Source of the DNA: Microlunatus sp. GCM10028923
GTDB lineage: Bacteria; Actinomycetota; Actinomycetes; Propionibacteriales; Propionibacteriaceae
DNA: 32,000 bases
Direction: 5' to 3'
Assembly (NCBI RefSeq): GCF_042666975.1
Contig: NZ_JBHTFF010000005.1
Coordinates: 1,321 to 33,320 of the forward strand
This document shows, piece by piece, positions 25,143-31,091 of the stretch. Under the pieces are notes generated by a model. That model made no database searches. It was not told the origin of the DNA and worked only from the letters and a program-made list of their open reading frames with translations. The position numbers and the translations under genes were made by a program. The first letter of the stretch is position 1. The number at the start of each line of letters is the position of its first letter.

Positions 25143-26017
25143 CGCCCGACACCTGATCGGCTCGCCGCGCCGTCGCCGACCAGGACGGCCCGCTCCTCCG
25201 GGCCCGGCTCGGTGTCGACGTGGCCGAGCTGCGGTGCCGGTGCGAGCGGGCTGAGCTGGAACACCGCCAGCGCCTCGTCGTCGCCGATGTTGATCAAGCG
25301 ATGCCGTACGTTGCGCGGCACCAGCAGCGCGTGCTCGCCCGGCACCGTGACCGCCTCGCCGTCCAGGTCCACCTGCAGCGTCCCGGACGCGACGAACAGG
25401 AACTCCTCCGAGTACGGGTGGTAGTGCTCCGAGACCCGTTCGCCCGGGGCCAGCCGGACCGCGCCGCAGAAGCCGGACGAGGACCCGACGTTCGGCGGAG
25501 CGATCATGGTCCGCAGGTCGCCGCCGCGCCGCCGGTTGGCCGGCACGTCGCCGAACCCGACCACCAGCCGGCGCCGCTGCTCCACCCGGTCCTTGATCAA
25601 CTTCAGCTGGACCGCGCTGTTGCGGTTGATGTTGTCGGTCATCCAGGCGGTGTCCACCGGCGCGTCCGGCCGCATCTCGAAGTCCTGCACCCAGCGCAAT
25701 TCGGTCCGGTCCGGACCCAGCTCCCGGTAGGTCCAGGTCAGGTTCATGAACTCGAACGGGCCCTTCTCGATCCGGCGGGCCCGGACTACGCCCTGCTCGG
25801 TGTCCCAGCGCCGCTCCGAGACCCAGGACCAGACCCGACCTTGATCATCGGGATGCATGGTCAGCCGGAACGTCGCGGAGTTCTCGGTCTCCTCGAGGAT
25901 CTCGATCTCCGCGTACTCGGAGAACAGGTTGGGCCAGTCGCTCAGGTTGTTCGTCTGGGTCCAGACGAAGGAGCTCGGGGCGTCGATCTCGATGGCGTTG
26001 TCGGTGTGTCCGATCAT
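25139..26017 (-). CDS. Fusion protein: SRPBCC (TcmN/WhiE-ORFVI-like) aromatase/cyclase domain + cupin (TcmJ/WhiE-ORFII-like) domain
   Basis: 292 aa. Residues ~1-150 (IEIDAPSSFVWTQTNNLSDWPNLFSEY..FMNLTWTY..) look like a polyketide cyclase/dehydrase. Residues ~165-270 carry both cupin motifs (GERVSEHYHPYSEEFLFVASG and GEAVTVPGEHALLVPRNVRHRLIN). Confidence 0.85.
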   Translation of the reverse strand: MIGHTDNAIEIDAPSSFVWTQTNNLSDWPNLFSEYAEIEILEETENSATFRLTMHPDDQGRVWSWVSERRWDTEQGVVRARRIEKGPFEFMNLTWTYRELGPDRTELRWVQDFEMRPDAPVDTAWMTDNINRNSAVQLKLIKDRVEQRRRLVVGFGDVPANRRRGGDLRTMIAPPNVGSSSGFCGAVRLAPGERVSEHYHPYSEEFLFVASGTLQVDLDGEAVTVPGEHALLVPRNVRHRLINIGDDEALAVFQLSPLAPAPQLGHVDTEPGPEERAVLVGDGAASRSGVGR

Positions 26018-26029
26018 GATGCGCTCCTC

Positions 26030-26302
26030 TCAGGCCTGGCCGGACAACCGGGCGTTGACCAGGTCGCGGATCCCGGCCGGCGTGGCCTCCGCGGTCAGGT
26101 CCGGCTCGATCTCGACCCCGAACTGATCTTGGATCCGGCCGGCGATCTCGACCCGGGCCAGCGAGTCGAGGTCGAGCTCGGTGAAGGTCGACTGGTAGGA
26201 CTCGGGCACCGCGGCCGCGGTGTCCAGTCCGACCGCCAGCAGCAGCTGGCGAAGATCATCGTCGGTCAGGCCGGCGGTGGTCACTACGGTCTCGTTGGTC
26301 AT
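26030..26302 (-). CDS. Type II PKS acyl carrier protein
   Basis: ATG 26302 after GAAGGGA, 90 aa. The phosphopantetheine attachment motif is ELDLDSLARVEI. Confidence 0.9.
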   Translation of the reverse strand: MTNETVVTTAGLTDDDLRQLLLAVGLDTAAAVPESYQSTFTELDLDSLARVEIAGRIQDQFGVEIEPDLTAEATPAGIRDLVNARLSGQA

Positions 26303-26315
26303 GATCAAGTTCCCT

Positions 26316-26657
26316 TCAGGAGGAGGTCGTGGTCGGTTGGGCCGAGGTCTCGGCACAGATCTCGAAGCGGAGCGAGCGCGCCTCGGTGAAGCACTTCCGC
26401 AGCGGTGCGGCCAGTTCCCGGTGCTCCTCGGTGGCCTCCCAGGCCACGAAGGAGTCCAGGTCCCGCCATTCGCTGGTGATCATCCACTGCTCGGGATCGG
26501 TGGCCGACCGGCAGACCTGATCACGCAGGTGTCCGGGTACGCCGCGGGCCACCTCGTAGCGGATCTGTTCGTAGGCGTCCAGGAAGTCGTACTCGTACTC
26601 GAGCGGAACCTTGAGCAGGAAGACGATCCGGGCCCGGAAGCCCTCGGTGCCCGTCAT
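26316..26657 (-). CDS. Antibiotic biosynthesis monooxygenase (ABM; TcmH/ActVA-Orf6-like)
   Basis: 113 aa with a ferredoxin-like ABM pattern (ARIVFLLKVP..FLDAYEQIRYEV..PGHL..TSEWRDLDSFVAWEATEEHRE). ATGA overlap with the SDR stop. Confidence 0.8.
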   Translation of the reverse strand: MTGTEGFRARIVFLLKVPLEYEYDFLDAYEQIRYEVARGVPGHLRDQVCRSATDPEQWMITSEWRDLDSFVAWEATEEHRELAAPLRKCFTEARSLRFEICAETSAQPTTTSS

Positions 26658-27532
26658 CGCGCACCTGCCTGGGCCGGCGCGCCGGTGGCGGGTGCCGCGG
26701 AGGTACGGGCTCCCGGCGGCGGGCCACCCACCCCGGGCGGCGGCCCGCCGGCCAGCGCCGAGCTGTAGGAGAACTTGCCGAGCACCGGGACGACGCTGCC
26801 GTACAGGCCGTCCGACTCCGGACTGGTCAGGAAGCCGACCGCCCGGGCCACCAGGGCCGGGTCCACCGTGTGATCAAGATCAAGACCGGGCCGCTCGGCC
26901 CGCATCTTCGGCGTGTCCGCGATCGTCATCGACACCACGTTGGCGTGGATGCCGCGCCGCTTCACCTCGTGCGCCATGGACCGGACCCAGGTGGTCAGCG
27001 CCGCCTTCGCGGCCGAGTAGGCCGACAGCGCGGCCAGCGGCTCGACCGCCAGCGGGGTGCTGAAGTAGACCAGCCGGCCGCCCTCGGTCAGGTGCGGCAG
27101 CACCGCCTGGGTGGCCACCACCGCGGAGCGGAAGTTCGACATGATCAACTCGTCGTAGACCGCGACGTCGGTGAGCATCACCGGGCCGAAGCCGAACCGG
27201 CCGATCAGGTGGACCAGACCGCCGAGCCCGTCGAATCGTTCCGCGGCCCGGGCGGCCGCCTGCTGGGCGCCGTCCGGCTGGGCGGCGTCGGCCTGGAAGG
27301 TCTCGATCACGCCCGGCGCACCGTACCGGCGGTCCAGGTCGGCCAGCCGCTCGGCGTTGCGGCCGGTCAGCAGCAGCCGGTGGCCGCGGTCGGCGAGCAC
27401 CCGGACGATCGGCTCGGCCAGCGGGCCGGTGGCGCCGGTGATCAACAGGGCCGGGGCCGTCTTTTCGGGGTCCCCGCGGCCCGGTTCGGGGGAGCGAAGC
27501 GGAGGAGAATCGGGTCGTGGGGTGTTTCTCAT
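26654..27532 (-). CDS. SDR-family oxidoreductase (putative polyketide ketoreductase)
   Basis: ATG 27532 gives 292 aa. Motifs: LLITGATGPLAEPIV (NAD(P)-binding Gly motif) and catalytic YSAAKAAL. The N-terminus is disordered and the tail is Pro/Gly-rich (GGPPPGVGGPPPG). ATGA overlap with the upstream gene. Confidence 0.85.
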   Translation of the reverse strand: MRNTPRPDSPPLRSPEPGRGDPEKTAPALLITGATGPLAEPIVRVLADRGHRLLLTGRNAERLADLDRRYGAPGVIETFQADAAQPDGAQQAAARAAERFDGLGGLVHLIGRFGFGPVMLTDVAVYDELIMSNFRSAVVATQAVLPHLTEGGRLVYFSTPLAVEPLAALSAYSAAKAALTTWVRSMAHEVKRRGIHANVVSMTIADTPKMRAERPGLDLDHTVDPALVARAVGFLTSPESDGLYGSVVPVLGKFSYSSALAGGPPPGVGGPPPGARTSAAPATGAPAQAGAR

Positions 27533-27888
27533 GTGGACGCCTCGAGGGTGGCGACCCGGGTGGTGACGTGCTCCATCATCGCCCGGCCGAAGAACGCCCG
27601 GGCACCCTCCGGTGTGCTGAGGTCCCGCGGCTCGGCCAGGAAGGGATCGAGGTCCCGCTCCAGCTGCTGGATGCTCGGCTGCCGGGCCAGGTGGGCCATG
27701 ATGCTCGGCAGTGGCCCGTCCACCTCCATCATCCGGACCACCAGCCCGTCCTTGATGAAGATCGAGGTGCCGAGCAGGCGAGCCCCGTCCGGGGTCACCC
27801 ACTCCGGCGGTTCGTAGCCGGCCAGGAGTTCCTTGACCTGGTCCTCGGTTCCGGGCCTGACCCGGAACATGATCGCGTATCGCTGCAT
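27529..27888 (-). CDS. SchA/CurD-like (TcmI-fold, spore-pigment-cluster type) small protein
   Basis: ATG 27888 lies 5 nt after GGGAGGA, giving 119 aa. MQRYAIMFRVRPGTEDQVKELL..SIFIKDGLVVRMMEVDG..DPFLAEPRDL.. is collinear in pattern with TcmI-type alpha+beta barrel proteins, and its position as first gene of the PKS operon fits. The family assignment is from memory, not a search. Confidence 0.6.
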   Translation of the reverse strand: MQRYAIMFRVRPGTEDQVKELLAGYEPPEWVTPDGARLLGTSIFIKDGLVVRMMEVDGPLPSIMAHLARQPSIQQLERDLDPFLAEPRDLSTPEGARAFFGRAMMEHVTTRVATLEAST

Positions 27889-28071
27889 CGTTCCTCCCGC
27901 GTCGTCGTCTGCTTCCAGCCTGGACATCAGCGCGGTCGCTGTCTTCCACCCGGTGGAGGAGATCCGGGCTCCCCTGCCTGGTGGACCGGGAGTTCATTCC
28001 GCCGACGGAAGACGATCATGGTCCGACCTGCGTACCGTCGTGATCATGATCTTGGAACCTCGGAACGTACG
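27889..28071. promoter_or_regulatory. Divergent promoter region between the minimal-PKS operon and the monooxygenase/methyltransferase operon
   Basis: A 183-bp gap separates divergent starts 27888 (-) and 28072 (+). It contains the palindrome TCCACCCGGTGGA (27945-27957) and GATCATGATC (28042-28051), the latter 20 nt before the monooxygenase ATG. Confidence 0.5.
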
Positions 28072-29277
28072 ATGAGCCCGCCGGCCACCGCCGTGATCAT
28101 CGGCGGCGGGATCGGCGGTCTCGCGACCGCCCGGGCGCTGCACCGGCAGGGCATCGCCACCACCGTGTACGAGCGCCGGGCCGAATCGACCGACGCCGGC
28201 GCCGGGAACGGCCTGGTGGTCTGGCACAACGCGACCATCGCGCTGCGCGGCCTGGGCCTGGAGCGCGAGCTGGCCGGCGCCGGGATTCCCTTGCAGCGTT
28301 ACCTTTTCCGGTCCGCCACCGATCATGACCTGGCCACCTGGTCGCTGGCCGACGGCGCCCGGCGGACCGGCGCGGCCGCGTACACGGTGGCTCGTCCGGA
28401 GCTGCACCGGCTGCTCGCCGAGGCGGCACCCGGCCCGATCGAGTACGGTGCGCACTGCGTCGGCTTCGCGGAGGATGCCGACGGCGTTCTGGTCCGGTTC
28501 GCCGACGGCCGGGAGGTGCGGACGGACCTGCTGGTCGGCGCCGACGGGATCCGCTCGGTGGTCCGGCGGCAGCTGATCCCGGCCGAGCCGCCGCCCCGGC
28601 ACGCCGGTGTCCGGGCCTGGCAGGGCGTGGTCGCCGACCCCGGCGGGCTGCCGGACGGCGCGTTCGTGAACACGTTCGGTCGCGGGCTGTGGTTCGTCTG
28701 CTACCGGCTGGCCGGGGGCCTCGTCTACTGGGACGGGGTGGTCAGCGACGAGGTCGCGCGCGATGATCACCGGCTGCGGGACGGGCAGCTCGGTGAGCAG
28801 GGCAAGGCGTTCCTGACCCGGCTGTTCGGCGACTGGCCCGGCCCGATCCCGGAGCTGATCGCGGCGACGCCGGCGAACGCCCTGCAGCCGGTCGACATCG
28901 CCGACCGCGACCCGGTGCCGCGCTGGAGCACCGACCGGGTCACCCTGGTCGGCGACGCCGCGCACCCGATGACGTTCAACCTCGGCCAGGGCGCCAACCA
29001 GGCGATCGAGGGCGCGACCGTGCTGGCGGGTTCGCTGGCGGCCGGTCCGGACCTGACGACCGCGCTGCGCCGTTATGACGCCGCGCGCACCGACCGGACC
29101 GCCCGGCTGGTCCGGCAGTCCCGGGCCAACGGCGTGTTCAGCCGCTGGCGGCATCCGGTGGTCTGCGCGGCCCGGGACGCATTCATGCGGATCGCGTTCC
29201 CGCGCCTGGTCTACCGCAAGACGTACCAACTGACGATGGATCTGAATCCGCTCACCACCACCGAAGGACGGCCATGA
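28072..29277 (+). CDS. FAD-dependent aromatic-ring monooxygenase (WhiE-ORFVIII/TcmG class)
   Basis: ATG 28072 places the GxGxxG fingerprint (VIIGGGIGGLATA) at the N-terminus. Other motifs: DLLVGADGIRS and GDAAHPMTFNLGQGANQAIE. Codons 28018-28071 are A/T-ending, so the longer start is unlikely. Confidence 0.9.
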   Translation: MSPPATAVIIGGGIGGLATARALHRQGIATTVYERRAESTDAGAGNGLVVWHNATIALRGLGLERELAGAGIPLQRYLFRSATDHDLATWSLADGARRTGAAAYTVARPELHRLLAEAAPGPIEYGAHCVGFAEDADGVLVRFADGREVRTDLLVGADGIRSVVRRQLIPAEPPPRHAGVRAWQGVVADPGGLPDGAFVNTFGRGLWFVCYRLAGGLVYWDGVVSDEVARDDHRLRDGQLGEQGKAFLTRLFGDWPGPIPELIAATPANALQPVDIADRDPVPRWSTDRVTLVGDAAHPMTFNLGQGANQAIEGATVLAGSLAAGPDLTTALRRYDAARTDRTARLVRQSRANGVFSRWRHPVVCAARDAFMRIAFPRLVYRKTYQLTMDLNPLTTTEGRP

Positions 29278-30116
29278 CGACCCTGCAGCAGCCCACCACC
29301 GGCGTCAGCCGGACCGCCGTGATCATCGCCCAGGCCCGCGCCGAGGAGCACCGCCGGCCGGACCGGTTGTTCGACGACCCGCTGGCCCAGCACTTCGTCG
29401 ACACGATCGGCTGGATCCAGGTCGCCCAGGCCGGCCGGCTGAACCAGGAGCACTTCGTCCTCCGGACCCGCTTCTTCGACGACTACCTGCGCTCGACGAC
29501 CGCGGCCGGCCGGCGGCAGGTGGTGCTGGTCGCCGCCGGGCTGGACACCCGCGCCTACCGGCTGGACTGGCCGGACGGGACCCAGCTGTTCGAGATCGAC
29601 CTGCCGGGCCTGGTCGCGTTCAAGCAGGCGGTGCTCGGCGTGCACCGGGCCGAGCCGCGCTGCCGGCGCACGGTGGTCCGGGCCGATCTGCGGGACGACT
29701 GGCCGGCCGACCTGATCGCCGCCGGCTTCGACCCGACGCGACCGACCGCCTGGCTGATCGAAGGTCTGCTGATGTACCTCGAGCGGGCCGACAACGACTC
29801 GCTGCTGGAACGGATCGGCGGCCTCTCCGCGCCCGGCAGCGCGATCGCACTGGAGCACATCAACCAGGCCTACGTCGACCTGCCGGAGATGCGGGCCGTG
29901 CACGAGCGGCTGAAGAACGTCGGCGCGTCCTGGCACTCGACGGTCGAGGACCCGGTGGCCTGGCTGGCCGGGCACGGCTGGACCGCGTCGGTGACACCGC
30001 AGACCGCGCTGGCCCAGCGGCACCGCCGGCCGGTCCCGCGGCTGACCGACCCGGCGATCGTCGACGACGCCCGGATGTGGCTGGTCAGCGGCGAACGCCA
30101 CGCCTCAGCCCTTTGA
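29274..30116 (+). CDS. Class I SAM-dependent methyltransferase (LCMT/TIGR00027-like O-methyltransferase family)
   Basis: 280 aa. GVSRTAVIIAQARAEEHRRPDRLFDDPLAQHFV.., VLVAAGLDTRAYRL and WLIEGLLMYL are typical of this family. ATGA overlap with the monooxygenase stop, and GAAGGA lies upstream. Confidence 0.85.
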   Translation: MTTLQQPTTGVSRTAVIIAQARAEEHRRPDRLFDDPLAQHFVDTIGWIQVAQAGRLNQEHFVLRTRFFDDYLRSTTAAGRRQVVLVAAGLDTRAYRLDWPDGTQLFEIDLPGLVAFKQAVLGVHRAEPRCRRTVVRADLRDDWPADLIAAGFDPTRPTAWLIEGLLMYLERADNDSLLERIGGLSAPGSAIALEHINQAYVDLPEMRAVHERLKNVGASWHSTVEDPVAWLAGHGWTASVTPQTALAQRHRRPVPRLTDPAIVDDARMWLVSGERHASAL

Positions 30117-30117
30117 G

Positions 30118-30232
30118 TCGGTACGGTCACCGCGCCCCTGAGGCCGTACCGTCACCGCTCCCTGAGCCGTACCACCACCGCTCCCTGAGCCTGTCGAAGG
30201 GCATGCCATGATCGGGCCGTACCCACTCCCGA
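30118..30232 (+). repeat. Intergenic tandem repeat array, 3 copies of 23-25 bp plus a degenerate fourth
   Basis: Copies: tCGGTACGGTCACCGCGCCCCTGAG (30118-30142), GCCGTACCGTCACCGCTCCCTGAG (30143-30166), CCGTACCACCACCGCTCCCTGAG (30167-30189). A partial copy CCGTACCCACTCCCGAT lies at ~30214-30230. The array sits between the methyltransferase stop and the AKR ribosome-binding site. Confidence 0.8.
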
Positions 30233-30248
30233 TCCGTTGGAGGCCTGT

Positions 30249-31085
30249 ATGACCGGCGTCGCCCCGCTCATCCAACTGCGCAACGGCGCGAAGCTGCCCG
30301 CCCTCGGCCTCGGCACGTACGGACTGACCGGTGACGCCGGCGTCGCTTCCGTACGGACCGCGCTGCAGGCCGGCTACCGGCTGCTCGACACCGCCGAGAA
30401 CTACCGCAACGAGGAGACCGTCGGGGCCGGCGTCGCCGCGTCCGGCGTGCCCCGGTCCGAGGTGTTCGTCACCAGCAAGTTCAACCGCGAATGGCACAGC
30501 GTCGACGGTGCGCGGAAGGCGTTCCAGGCCAGCATCGAACGGCTCGGCCTCGACTACCTGGACCTGCTGCTGATCCACTGGCCGAACCCGGACCAAGATC
30601 AGTACGTGGACGCGGTGCGCGGTCTGCAGGCGCTGCTGGAGGACGGCCTGGTCCGGGCGATCGGCACCTCGAACTTCAAGCCGGCCCACCTGCGCCGGGT
30701 GATCGACGAGACCGGGATCGTGCCGGACGTCAACCAGATCCAGCTCAGCCCGTTCCACCCGCGGGAGGAGGACCGGGCCTTCGCCGCGGAGCAGGGCATC
30801 GTGATCGAGTCCTGGACGCCGATCGGCGGCTCCGGCGACGGGCTGCGGAGCGACCCGGTGATCACCGAGATCGCCCGGGCCCACGACAAGACGGCGGCCC
30901 AGGTGATCTTGCGCTGGCACCACCAGCTGGGCCTGGTGGCGATCCCGAAGTCCGGCGATCCGCAGCGGCAGGCGGAGAACCTGGCGATCTTCGACTTCGA
31001 GCTCACCGACGACGAGCTGGCCGCGATCTCGGGTCTCGATCGACGCGGCGAGGGACTGGCCGATTCCGACCGCCAGGGCCACTGA
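30249..31085 (+). CDS. Aldo/keto reductase (2,5-diketo-D-gluconate reductase-like)
   Basis: ATG 30249 lies 5 nt after GGAGG. Motifs: LRNGAKLPALGLGTYGL, LDTAENYRNEE, DLLLIHWPNP and IPKSGDPQRQAENL, the AKR signature blocks. Confidence 0.9.
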   Translation: MTGVAPLIQLRNGAKLPALGLGTYGLTGDAGVASVRTALQAGYRLLDTAENYRNEETVGAGVAASGVPRSEVFVTSKFNREWHSVDGARKAFQASIERLGLDYLDLLLIHWPNPDQDQYVDAVRGLQALLEDGLVRAIGTSNFKPAHLRRVIDETGIVPDVNQIQLSPFHPREEDRAFAAEQGIVIESWTPIGGSGDGLRSDPVITEIARAHDKTAAQVILRWHHQLGLVAIPKSGDPQRQAENLAIFDFELTDDELAAISGLDRRGEGLADSDRQGH

Positions 31086-31091
31086 GGCAGG

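Noticed and set aside
18807-25424. Plus-strand ORFs 18807..20327, 22606..23952 and 23949..25424 antisense to the ACC, CLF and KS genes
   Set aside because: Same reasoning: the minus-strand frames carry catalytic motifs and G/C-ending codons, and the plus-strand frames are Arg/Pro/Gly-rich shadows.
26654-26780. GGPPPG GGPPPG repeat at the SDR C-terminus as a possible DNA repeat or separate feature
   Set aside because: There are only two short low-complexity copies in a G+C-rich tail that overlaps the next start. This is most simply a disordered protein tail and not an independent element.
27994-31082. Minus-strand ORFs 27994..29229, 29211..30101 and 30105..31082
   Set aside because: They are shadows of the monooxygenase, methyltransferase and AKR genes, all of which have diagnostic motifs on the plus strand.
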